A stretch of DNA of 64,000 bases. Origin: an uncultured delta proteobacterium. Its GTDB lineage: Bacteria; Desulfobacterota; BSN033; UBA1163. The stretch covers positions 192,001-256,000 of the forward strand of contig CAVPSJ010000017.1 in the NCBI GenBank assembly GCA_963708295.1. The letters are read 5' to 3'. Both the position numbers and the translations under genes were made by a program. Each line of letters begins with the position of its first letter. Position 1 is the first letter of the stretch. Shown here piece by piece: positions 1-11,282 of this stretch. The notes below the pieces were generated by a model, which saw only the letters and a list, made by a program, of their open reading frames with translations, made no database searches and was not told where the DNA came from.

Positions 1-166
1 CATGGTCGGAGCGCTTGTCGGGCTCAACATCATGGCCTTGAAACCGGATCGGTTTGAACATGGGCTCGAAGCCATTTTCAAAAAAGATAAACTGGACCTT
101 AACCTGCTAGCTTTCAAAACAGGACGTTCATACCATTTTGGATCGTGAGCAGGATATGCATTCAGA

Positions 167-1142
167 TCAATTGCGCAACCCTACCTTCCGGGCGATGGCC
201 AGGGCTTTTTCATACTCTTCTCCCATTAGTTTCTTCAGTTCAGCGGGGGATTTATAATCGACAATAAATCCCATCTTCTCGATTTTGACCTTTAGGTCTT
301 GATTTTTGATCGCCTTTTCGATGGCCTCCACTAAAACTTTCTTTACCTCCTCCGGTATTCCTGCTGGCCCATAGAGTGCAAACCAGGCCGAGAGCAGATC
401 CTGTTTGAAGCCTGATTCCGGGAGGGTCAGAAAATTGGGGAAGTCGGCTATTTTCTTGGTTACCAAGAGAATCCGCATCTTCCGGCTATCAACATAAGGG
501 ACAGACCTGACCGAAAGCATGGAAAATGGCCTCAACATGTCCTCCCAAAAGGGCTGTAAGAACCGACTGGCCTCCCTTAAAGGGAACGTGCGTAAATTGC
601 GCGCCCGTCAAGGATTGAATGATCTCTAGATTGAAGTGGTCAATGGAACCTTGACCGTAGGTGGCCACCCGGATTTTCCCAGGATTCTTCTTGGCATATT
701 CTATTAATTCCTCAAGGCTTTTCCAGGGAGAACTTTCTTGCACCGCACACGCCAAGGGAGTAAAACAGTGCAGGCCCAAAGGCTCCAAATCCTTGAGCGG
801 GTCATAGGGAACGATCTCCGGGTCGAGAATCCGGGTGTAAACGATGGCCGCGCTACCCGTATAGGCAATCGTATACCCATCCTTTCTACTCTTAGCCACT
901 GCATCTGTGCCGAGGGTCAATGACGCTCCTGGTTTGTTCATCGGGACAATTTGCGTTCCGAGAATTTTTCCCAACTCCTCCGCCAAAAGCCTACCGTTTA
1001 CGTCCATTGCTGAACCAGCGACGAGGGGTATAATGACTTGAATAGGCCTGTTCGGGTAGGGCTGTGCGTGAAGAGTAGATATTCCCAAGAATATACTCAG
1101 AAATAGAAAGAAATATGCCGAAAAAGTAAAATGTTTCATCAT
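167..1142 (-). CDS. Tripartite tricarboxylate transporter substrate-binding protein (Bug/TctC), split by one frameshift near 500
   Basis: ORFs 489..1184 (YPNRPIQVIIP, NKPGAS, HVPFKGG) and 167..538 (WFALYGPAGIP) join into one Bug-family protein; signal peptide; GGAGG upstream of ATG 1142. Confidence 0.85.
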
Positions 1143-1597
1143 TTCCCTCCCGTAGGACTGAATTGAAATTTTCTTCAAGCACATCGATAGGCCCCTCCAT
1201 TTTTAGCGAGGATGCACCGTTTCTTTCAAAACAAACCTACACCTTTTAATAAGAAGCGTCAACGGAATATTTGAGGAAGTAACTCTTAAGGCAAGAAAAT
1301 ATCCGATAAGGAGCCTATCATTCGCTGGTTTTGCTATTTATCCCTTTTCCTTCTTGTCTGGACGAGCCTTGGGTTCTTTGATGCATTAACAAATGGTGGG
1401 CACAGAGTCGCGGTCTTTTCTCCTCGTATGCGATATCCGGTATTAAGATCTGGTTTCCGATGAGCCTTCGACGAAGTGTCTGGATTAGCTCCCTGACCCT
1501 CCACACACATTTCTTTTTCTTCTCTTGATCAATTTATAAATTTCTGATATACGAATTTCTTAGATGCGAAGAGAGAGATATTTGGCGCAAAGGAGGC

Positions 1598-2317
1598 ATG
1601 ACTATGAAACGTTTTGTTCTTATTCATGGCGCATGGCATGGGGGCTGGTGCTGGGAGGGTGTGATTCGAATACTGGAAAAGCCCGGACATACCGCTGAAG
1701 CTCCCACCCTGCCGGGACACACCCCTGGAGATAACCGGTCCAAAGTGACATTCAACTCCTATGTCGAGAAGATTATTGAGGTTTTAAAGAGGCAACCCAA
1801 GCCCGTTATCTTAGTCGGTCACTCAAGCGCCGGGTTTCTTCTTCAGTCAGCCGCCCCAAAGGCGCCGGATAAGATTGAGCGACTCGTCTTTCACAATGCA
1901 TTCATTCTTCCGGATGGAATGGCGCAATTCGATGTGGTTCCGCCCGAAGTAAGCCAAGCCATGGTCGAGGCAGCCAAGGCTTCACCTGACAACAGCGTTC
2001 CCGTAAATGAAGATTTTGTTCGCAATGTTCTCATGGCCGGAGATACAAAAGAGTTAAAGGATGCTCTCATGAAGCGTTTGACTCCACAACCGTTAGCCCT
2101 TTTCACCACGAAGGTCAGCACAGCGGCCTTTAACAGGCTAACTATTCCTCGGACAGTACTTTTTTGTAAGGATGATGCTTCGCTTCCGCCTGGAGCATTT
2201 CTCGGCATGGCCCAAAGCTTGGGGAAATTTGATCTCATTGAGATCCCGGGAGGCCATGAGACATTATTTACCAAGCCTGAAGCAGTGGCGCAGGAGCTTA
2301 TTCGTATAGCGGGTTAA
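1598..2317 (+). CDS. Alpha/beta hydrolase (methylesterase/salicylate esterase-like)
   Basis: FVLIHGAWHGGWCW, LVGHSSAG nucleophile elbow, C-terminal GGHE; AAGGAGG RBS. Confidence 0.9.
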   Translation: MTMKRFVLIHGAWHGGWCWEGVIRILEKPGHTAEAPTLPGHTPGDNRSKVTFNSYVEKIIEVLKRQPKPVILVGHSSAGFLLQSAAPKAPDKIERLVFHNAFILPDGMAQFDVVPPEVSQAMVEAAKASPDNSVPVNEDFVRNVLMAGDTKELKDALMKRLTPQPLALFTTKVSTAAFNRLTIPRTVLFCKDDASLPPGAFLGMAQSLGKFDLIEIPGGHETLFTKPEAVAQELIRIAG

Positions 2318-2490
2318 CCCTGGCAGTACAAGAGCCGCGAGAATATGGCAGGAGATAATTTACTGAAGGGTTCGTCTTCACAAATCCTAACACAGGAAAG
2401 CTGTCCGTTTTGCTCTCCGAAAACTATCCTAAGCCGAGAACAATAACCTAGGCAAAAATATCCCGTAAAATCCCTCAGTTCTTCCCGAGA

Positions 2491-2781
2491 TTACATTTCT
2501 CTGAGCCGCCTTTTGATAAAATAATAATATGGATAGGTGATGAGGAATTCCTTCGCCTCATCCGCCTTTTTAAGAGGGAGGGTTACAGGAAGGGAAATGA
2601 CGAAGGCCGTTGCTCCCATCGCGATGCGCATGACGCCCAGAGGTCTCACCCAGAGAAGATCGCCAACCACTTCCGGCATAGAAAGATCCCCCGAAAAATC
2701 CTCCTCGGCGAAGAGGAGTCCGTTGAAAACAAACACGATGAAAACAATCATTAAGATTAAGAAGACACCCTTTCTTTTCAT
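2491..2781 (-). CDS. Small conserved membrane/exported hypothetical protein
   Basis: Signal peptide, DLLWVRPLG...FVISLP hydrophobic segment; GGAGG RBS. Confidence 0.65.
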   Translation of the reverse strand: MKRKGVFLILMIVFIVFVFNGLLFAEEDFSGDLSMPEVVGDLLWVRPLGVMRIAMGATAFVISLPVTLPLKKADEAKEFLITYPYYYFIKRRLREM

Positions 2782-3012
2782 GGATACCCTCCCTTCCAGC
2801 ATTATTTTTATTTTAAAAGTCACTCTCTCAAGCCACAACTGACCAGCCTTCTCAATATACTACCTCAAGCGCAGGGCGTTTTTCAAAGGAAATGATTTGT
2901 TTGGAGGTCCATTGAAAGGGGAGACCGCGGTGATTATATTTAAAACGAAATAAATATTGCCTGTTTTTATACGGAAGAAGGTGAGAATACGAAAGGACGA
3001 TGGGCATTAGCC

Positions 3013-3417
3013 GTGGGCTGGATCCTGATGATTTCTGGAACGATCGGCTGTACGGTTGACCAAAGAGCCCAGTGGGTGAATCAGGAAGAAGCTTTGGTCA
3101 TAAGGAATTGGAAGGGAGAATATATGGGGTCCGCCCGGCACGTCCTTCTCGATCCCTCCACCGGAGAGGTCGCTTTCGTTATTCTTTTGCTCAACAAAGG
3201 AAAGAAGGAGATCGTTATCCCGTTGAGGTCTTTTTCCTCCTATGACCTTAAGAATGCAACGCTCGTTTTAGGTATCAGCAAAGAGATCTTAGTTGCAGCG
3301 CCTGAGTTTCATCCTTCGGATTTGGAGGACCCGGCGTTTACCGAAAAGGTTTACCGCTTCTTTGGTGAAGCGCCCCCCTGGACGGACGGAGCGACCGAAG
3401 GGGAAAGGAGGATGTGA
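3013..3417 (+). CDS. PRC-barrel domain (lipo)protein
   Basis: VIRNWKGEYMG...LLDPSTGEVAFVIL...APEF PRC-barrel pattern; GTIGC lipobox-like; true start may be about 2981 with a frameshift. Confidence 0.7.
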   Translation: MGWILMISGTIGCTVDQRAQWVNQEEALVIRNWKGEYMGSARHVLLDPSTGEVAFVILLLNKGKKEIVIPLRSFSSYDLKNATLVLGISKEILVAAPEFHPSDLEDPAFTEKVYRFFGEAPPWTDGATEGERRM

Positions 3418-3873
3418 ATATAAGAATCCCTTGTTCCGCTCATACACAATCCTCGCCCAATTTTTTTCTTCCTGTAACAAGAAGTGTCACTTTCATGTTT
3501 TCTTTTGAGACCAATTCTTAATAATTCTATTAGCAATCGTAGGGTTACGCGATCAAGGTCTATTGGCATTGAAATTGCTGATAAACTCCTTACGAAATTT
3601 TGATGGCTGAGCAGGGCCAAAATCTACCCGGAAAAACTTGGGACGCTTTTAGGAGAAAAGGATATGGGAGTTCTTTTTGGAAAATACCTTTTGGGATTAA
3701 GAACGCAGATATTCCTGATGGCAGGGGTCATGAGGATGTCCGTCACAAAGTTTTTTATTGCAGATCCGACCGCGGTGTTATTAGCGATCACCGTTGCCTT
3801 ATTTTGGGGTGGAATCCTTTTTTTGGAGAATTAAGAAAATAATTGTTAAGCCAAAAATCGGGAAAATCATTCA

Positions 3874-4389
3874 ATGCGGTCATTTGTTATTATCTTACCC
3901 TTGGCGATCTTAGGCCTTCTTCCTCAACCCATTCTTGCTGCCTCCGGGGACGATGTGAGTCATCTTTTCTTTATTGAACGGAGCAAAAACAAGAACCTCG
4001 TTCAGTACGACATCCGCCTCTCGGAGAATAGCAAAGTTCTTGATCTAAAGCCCGTGAGTGTTTATTGGGTTTTGGAAAACGGCAGACGCGAGGAACTCAA
4101 CCCGATGGAGAGGGAGTATGCGTATGGAATCGTTCGCCAAGAAAGACTCGACGAGAACAAATACAAGGTCATTCTGGCCGGTCTTAAACGGGTTGAGATC
4201 ATCATCGAAAGAATGAATGATTCTTATAGGGCTGTCGTTTCTATCAATGGCAAGGAGAGTATCCTCGAAAAGATCTATATAGAATCCGAAGAAAAACGAA
4301 CCGGACTGCCCAAAGTTCTCTATATCGACCTTTTTGGCCGGACGAAGGGAACCGGCCTCCCCATAAAAGAACGAATCGCCCCCAAGTAA
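3874..4389 (+). CDS. Exported DUF4833-like protein
   Basis: Signal peptide; LFFIERSKNKNLVQYD and AYG motifs. Confidence 0.7.
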   Translation: MRSFVIILPLAILGLLPQPILAASGDDVSHLFFIERSKNKNLVQYDIRLSENSKVLDLKPVSVYWVLENGRREELNPMEREYAYGIVRQERLDENKYKVILAGLKRVEIIIERMNDSYRAVVSINGKESILEKIYIESEEKRTGLPKVLYIDLFGRTKGTGLPIKERIAPK

Positions 4390-4520
4390 CTCACGGAACG
4401 AGTCATCCCTAAGAATCATGACCGCGGCTTTGTCAAAACAGGCCATTCGGTCGTCGATTCATAGGGGAAGAGGAAGGGGAGATCAGAAAATCAAGTGAAA
4501 GATTTGAGAGGCAATCATCA

Positions 4521-4721
4521 ATGAAAACTGGACTGGGAGATATCGTCAAGAGTAGATCGACCGGGGAATTCTATCGGGTGAAGAAGATCAAAGGACCGGT
4601 CGTTCTATTGGAGGCTGAAAACACGCCCGACAAATGGTGGCTTGGATGCGGGGAATCTTTGGAATTGCTTTATGAAAAGGTAGATATTCTAAACGAGATG
4701 AATTTCAATTCTGCGGGTTAA
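4521..4721 (+). CDS. Small hypothetical protein
   Basis: 66-aa ORF with GAGG RBS. Confidence 0.5.
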   Translation: MKTGLGDIVKSRSTGEFYRVKKIKGPVVLLEAENTPDKWWLGCGESLELLYEKVDILNEMNFNSAG

Positions 4722-4778
4722 CAGGCCCGGGCTTCCAAGAACGGCCCCTGTAAGGAAAAGTGAATTTAGGAGTTTCGT

Positions 4779-4958
4779 ATGAGGTGTCATCGTTGTAGCA
4801 ATCTGATGGTCTACGAGAGATTCTATGGCGTCGATGAGCGTTATTCAGGATGGAGGTGCGTCCTGTGCGGAGAGATCATTGACCAGATCATCTTGGAGAA
4901 TCGCCAGACGAAGAGGGAGAGACAAAACAGAACTAAAAGGAGAGAGGGTGACTCCTGA
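4779..4958 (+). CDS. Small zinc-ribbon protein (59 aa), absent from the ORF track
   Basis: Manual translation MRCHRCSNLMVYERFYGVDERYSGWRCVLCGEIIDQIILENR...; two CxxC; AGGAG RBS. Confidence 0.8.
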   Translation: MRCHRCSNLMVYERFYGVDERYSGWRCVLCGEIIDQIILENRQTKRERQNRTKRREGDS

Positions 4959-5107
4959 TCCTCAAACTTTTTTGAGCCTTTGCCCATGATGTCCCGGATT
5001 GATTTGCGCCTAAGTATCCGATTTCTCATGTGAATCAGACGTTATGATCCAATCAATTCGATATCCGAGGTCTAGGGTCTGATTCACAGACTTCATCTTG
5101 AATTTCC

Positions 5108-5136
5108 TTGCATTCGGACAAGTAGTAGTATATAAT
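5108..5136 (+). promoter_or_regulatory. Sigma70-type promoter upstream of the DEAD-box helicase
   Basis: TTGCAT-17 nt-TATAAT. Confidence 0.6.
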
Positions 5137-5361
5137 AAGTCTGTTGAATAGAGCTTTTGGGGCAAGAAAAAGAAAACCCGTAAGGAACTCTAGACAATTT
5201 CTTTATGGGTTTTTTGTTAACGATGCGGATTCCTCCACCTTGTTTCTGCATGATTTAGCCATTGCTTACCCGCAAGTCGCGTCAAATCGTGGAAATTGTT
5301 GGTCTGGCGGAAAAGGAAAAGGATGGCTCTGTTCGGCAATCCTTCGATTATTTGAGGAGTA

Positions 5362-6630
5362 ATGATGAAGTTTTCAGAACTAGATTTAAAGCCGGAAATT
5401 TTGAAGGCCCTGACGGATATGGGGTATCAGGAGTTGACGCCTATCCAGGAGAGGACCTTCTCTCCCATCCTGAGCGGTAAAGATCTCTTGGCCCGGGCAG
5501 AGACGGGCTCAGGGAAGACAGCCGCCTGCGGTATCCCGCTGGTTCAGATGATTGACGCCTCCCGCAATGCCATCCAGGCCCTCATCTTGGTTCCTACGCG
5601 TGAACTGGCACTTCAGTACGTGGAAGAAATCAGTAAGATATCGAAATTTATGGATGTCGTTCCTTTTGCCATCTTCGGCGGTTTCTCGATGGAGATTCAA
5701 AAAGGCAAATTAAAAGACAGGGTCCATATCCTCGTTGCCACTCCCGGACGATTGATTGATTTTCTTTACCATTCCACGTCGATTGACCTCTCTTGCGTTC
5801 GAACGCTGGTCCTGGATGAGGCGGACGAGATGTTGAAGATGGGTTTTGTCGAAGATATCGACTTGATCCTCTCCTGCCTGATTCATGAGCATCAGACATT
5901 GTTTTTTGCAGCGACGATGCCTGAAGAGATCAACCGATTGATCACGACCTATTTGAAAGAGCCCGTCAGAGTAGAGTTGAATAAGGAACAGATCGCTCCT
6001 GAGAGTCTTGCTCACCATTTTCAATACACGGGGCGTCATGATCGACTCCATGCCCTGATCGAATACCTGGAGACGGAAAAGGTCTCCCAGGCCATTATTT
6101 TTTGTAATTCAAGGCATCACGGTGAGACGCTGAAAAAGGAGCTCCAGGGAAGATTTAGATCGATTGAGTATATCCATGGGGGTCTGGAGCAGTCGAGGCG
6201 AACTTCGATCTATGAGCGGTTTCGCCAAAACCAGATCACCTTGATGGTTGCCACGGACATTGCCGGTAGGGGGCTCGACTTCAGCCATGTCAGTCATGTG
6301 ATTAATTATGACTATCCTTATCGCCTGGAATCCTACACGCACCGGACGGGAAGGACCGGGAGGATGGGACGGGCGGGCACTGCCATGACTTTTGTAACCG
6401 ATCAGGAATTGAAGGATTTGGAATCGCTGCTTAAAACAAACCGTATTGATCCCGTGTGGCACGGTGACGTCCCGAATCTTAGGGCTGTCCCCCGCGCCAG
6501 GCGAGAGGGTAAGAGGACTTTTAAGAGACGACCGTTGCCCGTCCCCCGAGGTCGAACGCTATCGCATAAGAGACATGTGGTCAACGCCCTCACTCCGTCC
6601 CCCATTCCATCCCCGATTTCGTCCCGATGA
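5362..6630 (+). CDS. DEAD-box RNA helicase
   Basis: Q motif, [33 protein letters not shown]. Confidence 0.95.
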   Translation: MMKFSELDLKPEILKALTDMGYQELTPIQERTFSPILSGKDLLARAETGSGKTAACGIPLVQMIDASRNAIQALILVPTRELALQYVEEISKISKFMDVVPFAIFGGFSMEIQKGKLKDRVHILVATPGRLIDFLYHSTSIDLSCVRTLVLDEADEMLKMGFVEDIDLILSCLIHEHQTLFFAATMPEEINRLITTYLKEPVRVELNKEQIAPESLAHHFQYTGRHDRLHALIEYLETEKVSQAIIFCNSRHHGETLKKELQGRFRSIEYIHGGLEQSRRTSIYERFRQNQITLMVATDIAGRGLDFSHVSHVINYDYPYRLESYTHRTGRTGRMGRAGTAMTFVTDQELKDLESLLKTNRIDPVWHGDVPNLRAVPRARREGKRTFKRRPLPVPRGRTLSHKRHVVNALTPSPIPSPISSR

Positions 6631-6722
6631 CAGAGGAAAGCAGGCTTACGAGGAGGAGGTCGCCCGTAGGGACATTGGAGAGAATGTCAGCGGGCAAAAA
6701 AGCGGAGTTGCGCGGGGAGGTT

Positions 6723-8525
6723 ATGAAACGCGAAGACTTGAGAAACATTGCCATTATTGCCCATGTGGACCATGGAAAGACGACAATTGTCGATGGTTTG
6801 CTCAGACAGTCAGGCACTTTCCGCTTAAACGAGAAGGTCCAGGAGAGGGTTATGGACAATATTGACTTGGAGCGGGAGCGGGGGATTACCATCATGGCAA
6901 AGAATACGGCGATCGAGTACAAGGGAGTCAAGATCAATATTGTCGATACGCCGGGCCATGCCGATTTCGGCGGGGAGGTGGAAAGGACGCTCAAGATGGT
7001 GGACGGTGTGCTGCTCCTCGTCGATGCCTCGGAGGGTCCTTTGCCCCAGACGCGGTTCGTCCTGAAAAAAGCCCTCGAGTTTAATCTCCCTCCCATCCTT
7101 GTGATTAATAAGATAGACCGGGCGGATGCGAGGATCCGTGAGGTATTGAATGAAGTTTACGATCTTTTTATTGACCTCGACGCCACAGAGAAACAGCTTG
7201 AATTTCCAATTGTCTACACCAACGCAAAGCTTGGAATAGCAAAACTCCACCCCGATGAGAATTCGAAAGACCTCCAATGCCTGTTTGAGCTCATCCTCAA
7301 GGCTGTCCCGCCGCCAGAGGGGGATGAGAAAAGTCCGCTTCAACTCCTCGTCACCAACATTGACTATAATGACTACGTGGGCAGGCTTGCCATCGGAAGG
7401 GTCTTCTCAGGTTCGGTCAAGATCGGAGACTGGGTATTGATGCTCAACGGCAAGGAGGGATCGATCAAGACCAAGGTGACATCGCTCTACGGGTTTCAGG
7501 GGCTCGAAAGAATAGAGATCAAAGAGGCCCGGGCAGGGGATATCGTTGCGCTGGCCGGGATTGAAGGGGTGAACATTGGCGACACCATCGCCGACATTGA
7601 AAATCCAGAGCCTCTTCCGAGAATTGCCATCGATGAGCCCACCATCTCCATGGTTTTTTCCGTGAATACCTCCTCTTTTGCCGGACAGGAGGGTAGGTAT
7701 GTGACATCGAGAAACTTGCGGGATCGGCTGGAGAAAGAACTTCTGTACAATGTTTCCATCAAGGTTGACTTTGATGCAACGGATTCTTTTAAGGTGATGG
7801 GCAGAGGAGAGCTTCAGCTGGCGATCCTGATCGAGATGATCCGGAGAGAAGGCTATGAGCTTTCTGTGTCGATGCCCGAGAGCATTACAAAAGAGATAGA
7901 CGGGGTTCTGCATGAGCCCATGGAGAATCTGGTCATCGATGTCCCGGAAGAATACATCGGAGTTCTGACTCAACAGATCGGAATCCGAAAAGGCAGAATG
8001 CAGAAGATGAGCAACAATAGCCACGGAAGGGTTCGGCTGGAATTCAGAATTCCCTCCAGAGGGCTGATTGGCTTTCGTTCCCAGTTTCTTACCGATACAA
8101 GAGGGACGGGTCTCTTCAATCATATTTTTGGAGGCTATGAGCCTTGGCATGGCCCTCTTACCAAACGCGCGACCGGAACGCTCGTTGCCGACCGACTAGG
8201 AAAAACGACGACCTACGCGCTTTACCACCTCCAGCCCAGGGGGACGCTTTTTGTAAAGGAGAATACACCCGTCTATGAAGGGATGGTGATCGGTGAGAAT
8301 TCGAGAGAGAATGATCTCAACGTCAATGTCACAAAAGAGAAGAAACTCACCAATATGAGGGCGGCAGGATCGGACGATGCCCTGCAGCTCATCCCGCCAA
8401 AACTCCTCAGCCTGGAGCAAGCCATCGAGTTCATTAAAGAGGATGAGCTGGTTGAGGTGACCCCGGCCTCCGTGCGTATTAGAAAAAAGATCCTCGAATC
8501 GAACAAGAGACCGAAGTTTGTTTGA
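6723..8525 (+). CDS. typA: Translational GTPase TypA/BipA
   Basis: [49 protein letters not shown]; GGAGG before ATG 6723. Confidence 0.97.
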   Translation: MKREDLRNIAIIAHVDHGKTTIVDGLLRQSGTFRLNEKVQERVMDNIDLERERGITIMAKNTAIEYKGVKINIVDTPGHADFGGEVERTLKMVDGVLLLVDASEGPLPQTRFVLKKALEFNLPPILVINKIDRADARIREVLNEVYDLFIDLDATEKQLEFPIVYTNAKLGIAKLHPDENSKDLQCLFELILKAVPPPEGDEKSPLQLLVTNIDYNDYVGRLAIGRVFSGSVKIGDWVLMLNGKEGSIKTKVTSLYGFQGLERIEIKEARAGDIVALAGIEGVNIGDTIADIENPEPLPRIAIDEPTISMVFSVNTSSFAGQEGRYVTSRNLRDRLEKELLYNVSIKVDFDATDSFKVMGRGELQLAILIEMIRREGYELSVSMPESITKEIDGVLHEPMENLVIDVPEEYIGVLTQQIGIRKGRMQKMSNNSHGRVRLEFRIPSRGLIGFRSQFLTDTRGTGLFNHIFGGYEPWHGPLTKRATGTLVADRLGKTTTYALYHLQPRGTLFVKENTPVYEGMVIGENSRENDLNVNVTKEKKLTNMRAAGSDDALQLIPPKLLSLEQAIEFIKEDELVEVTPASVRIRKKILESNKRPKFV

Positions 8526-8585
8526 CAGGTGAAACGGGAGTTATTAACTTTAGGTCAGTAAGGGGAATGAAAGGAGGGGGTCTGT

Positions 8586-9020
8586 ATGGCGAAAGAAGAA
8601 AGAATTCTGGTACCCCTTGACGGTTCGCACTGTGCCGAAACCGTTATCCCCAGAGTCGAGGAGTTAATCGCTGGAAAGGATACGGGTATTTGTCTTTTGC
8701 GGGTTGTTTCTGCTTCCACTTTTCCAGGCGTCGACCCCACAGAGGCCCAGGTGATGGTCGTCCGGGAGGCGGAGGAATACCTCAAAGGGGTGGAGCATGA
8801 CCTCAGAGCCAGGGGATTGGATGTGGATACCCATGTTCGTTACGGGAATGATGCCGAGGAGATACTCGACCATGCAGGGCAGAAAAATATTGACCTGATC
8901 GCGATGTCCACCCACGGCAGGAATGGGATCAAGCGGTTTCTCCTTGGAAGTGTGGCGGAAAAAGTCTTGCGCCACGCGCCGAAGCCCGTCTTTCTCGTTC
9001 GATGTCCTGGATCAGCCTAA
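8586..9020 (+). CDS. Universal stress protein
   Basis: ILVPLDGS ... DLIAMSTHGR ... LGSVAEKVLRHA. Confidence 0.93.
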   Translation: MAKEERILVPLDGSHCAETVIPRVEELIAGKDTGICLLRVVSASTFPGVDPTEAQVMVVREAEEYLKGVEHDLRARGLDVDTHVRYGNDAEEILDHAGQKNIDLIAMSTHGRNGIKRFLLGSVAEKVLRHAPKPVFLVRCPGSA

Positions 9021-9146
9021 GAAACGAAGAATAAAAACCGGGCGGGGAGATTCATCGTAAGAAGATAAAAAAAAGAGGATCGTTATTTGGATGGGTTCGA
9101 GAAAGAATGTTATCATCTTGAACCCATTTTATTTGGGGGAGGGAGA

Positions 9147-9677
9147 ATGAAGCGCCTACGAATTCCTATTCTGGTTTTCTTCCAAGTTTTTCTTTTTTCC
9201 TATGCGATGGGCCAAAGCGCCACAAAGGTGGAGGAATGGAAGATATCCAGCTCGGCGTTTGAAAATGGCGGAAAGATACCGAAGAAGTACACCTGCGATG
9301 GGGCAAATGTCAATCCCCCCCTGAAAATTGAGAATACCCCATCGAGTACAAAATCGTTAGCCCTGGTATTTGATGATATCGACGCGCCCAGAGGGTCCTA
9401 TGTTCATTGGATTGCATGGAACATGGATCCAGGTTTGAAAGAGATTAAGGAAAATTCCGTTCCTGAAGGAGGGGTGCAAGGAGTGAATGATTTTAAGAAA
9501 CGGAATTATGGGGGCCCTTGCCCCCCCGGGCGGGCTCACAAATATGTTTTTAGAATCTATGCGCTGGATACCCTTCTGAATCTGAATCCCAATGGCACGA
9601 AAAAAGATTTGGAAAAAGCCATGGAAGGTCACATCATCTCCCGTGCTCAGCTGACGGGATTGTATAAGAGAAATTAA
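9147..9677 (+). CDS. YbhB/YbcL (PEBP) family protein, exported
   Basis: Signal peptide; KYTCDG, DIDAP, HW, YGGPCPP, YALD. Confidence 0.92.
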   Translation: MKRLRIPILVFFQVFLFSYAMGQSATKVEEWKISSSAFENGGKIPKKYTCDGANVNPPLKIENTPSSTKSLALVFDDIDAPRGSYVHWIAWNMDPGLKEIKENSVPEGGVQGVNDFKKRNYGGPCPPGRAHKYVFRIYALDTLLNLNPNGTKKDLEKAMEGHIISRAQLTGLYKRN

Positions 9678-9721
9678 GGATGTTAGAATTCAGAGAAACA
9701 AATCATAAACAGGGAGGATGT

Positions 9722-10687
9722 ATGTTCAAAAATCGCTGGGCAAAGAGATGTCTCGTTCTTTTTATCCTTTATTTCTTAGGCCTCTATGTTTTTCCACTGG
9801 ATGCTTTTGCAAGAGTGGGCGGGGGAAGATCCTCGGGTAGCCGTGGCTCCCGGTCATCAACGCCTCCCCGGTCGTATTCACCCCCAAGATCAACCCAGCC
9901 CTCTCCGCCTCCTTCCCAGTCTTTCGCACCTTCTCCACAACCGCAAAGCAGCCTTTGGAGGGGTGTGATGGGAGGGGTCATGGGAGGCATCTTAGGAGGG
10001 ATGCTTTTCAGAGGCCTGGGGTTCGGAGGTGATCAGGGGACCGAGGGAGGCGGGGGGATCGGGCTGTTTGAGATTTTGCTGATCGGCGCGTTGCTCCTGG
10101 GTGTCTACTGGTACTTTAAGAAGAGACGTCAGGCAGCCCTTGCAAATACGTATTATCAGAGTTCGATGGGAACGGCAGAGCCTTCCCATCAAATTTCCTA
10201 CGGGCAGAGTTATGACCAACCCCGTGAAGAAGAGCGGGACTTGGGAAAAGGGTTGAGTTTCATCCGGCAGATGGATTCCTCCTTTGGTGAAAAGAGTTTT
10301 CAGGACTTATGTATGGATCATTTTTTCAAGATTCAGGGAGCCTGGGCGAATAGAGATGTGTCTGGAGTAAGAAACTTATTGACGGAAGAGATGTCCGGGA
10401 TGATTCAGGGGGATGCAGAGAAATTGAAGACAGAAAGGAAGATGAACAGGCTTGAGAATATTGCCGTTCGGTCTGTGGATCTGGTGGAAGCCTGGCAGGA
10501 GTCGGGAAGGGATTACATTACCGTGAGGTTCTATGCCAACTTGCTGGATTATACGGTTGATGAAACGACGGGTCAGGTGGTATCGGGGAGCAAGACAGAA
10601 CCTGTTAAGTTTGAAGAGTACTGGACATTTACGCGGCCGGTTGGAAATAACCCGTGGAAATTATCTGCGATTCACCAGGCGGAGTAA
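9722..10687 (+). CDS. Tim44-like domain membrane protein
   Basis: ARVGGGRSSGSRGSRS N-terminus, Gly-rich TM segments, C-terminal FEEYWTFTR...WKLSAI. Confidence 0.9.
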   Translation: MFKNRWAKRCLVLFILYFLGLYVFPLDAFARVGGGRSSGSRGSRSSTPPRSYSPPRSTQPSPPPSQSFAPSPQPQSSLWRGVMGGVMGGILGGMLFRGLGFGGDQGTEGGGGIGLFEILLIGALLLGVYWYFKKRRQAALANTYYQSSMGTAEPSHQISYGQSYDQPREEERDLGKGLSFIRQMDSSFGEKSFQDLCMDHFFKIQGAWANRDVSGVRNLLTEEMSGMIQGDAEKLKTERKMNRLENIAVRSVDLVEAWQESGRDYITVRFYANLLDYTVDETTGQVVSGSKTEPVKFEEYWTFTRPVGNNPWKLSAIHQAE

Positions 10688-10712
10688 TGGATCTCACGCG
10701 TGTAACGACGGG

Positions 10713-11051
10713 TTACGCCTTCTTGCCGCTTGCAAGGAGTGTTTCAGAAATATTCTTCAAGAACAGAGCGCAAATACCCCATAAAAGGGGCAACCAGGAT
10801 GGAATCAAATAAAGGGGTCTTGAATACTCCCAGGCTCCAAGTAAAACTGCCACGGACTCTCCCAGGGGGCCAAGGACAAAGGTTATAAAATAGAAGAAGA
10901 GATCACTTTTTGTGTGCCATTTTATCAGCACCACGACACTGATGACACCGTAACAAACTGTTAAGATAACCGGTTTCTGCCAAAGCGATCCTACCAGTAC
11001 GATGCATAAGATGTAGATGCCTAATTCGAACACGAGTTCTTTCTTCATCAT
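10713..11051 (-). CDS. Small 4-TM membrane protein (DUF2878-like)
   Basis: Hydrophobic; GPLGE...GAWEY...IPSWLPLLWG; start uncertain. Confidence 0.6.
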   Translation of the reverse strand: MMKKELVFELGIYILCIVLVGSLWQKPVILTVCYGVISVVVLIKWHTKSDLFFYFITFVLGPLGESVAVLLGAWEYSRPLYLIPSWLPLLWGICALFLKNISETLLASGKKA

Positions 11052-11282
11052 CCAAGCATAGCAGGAATCCATCCCAAAGGATACTCTTATTTAGTGCCTA
11101 AGAGAAATTATCAGGCAGTTTACGATCTGTTTTGTCCCCCATGGAGATCTTTCCTGGAACCTTCCCCGCAGCAGGCTTCATCGAAAGCCAACTTACGCTA
11201 CCTGGAGAAGCGAGGTGAAATAGAGAGGATTTTTCTTGTCATTCTCCATCTCAATAGTTATAAATAAAATAAGGATGTAAGA

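Noticed and set aside
3605-3660. Possible c-di-GMP-I riboswitch (GGGC-AAA...GAAA...GGGACGC)
   Set aside because: Partial resemblance only; I could not form the P1/P2 stems or find the GCAAA junction.
7407-8150. Long antisense ORFs, such as those opposite typA and the octaheme genes
   Set aside because: Shadow frames of well-supported genes, with no motifs of their own.
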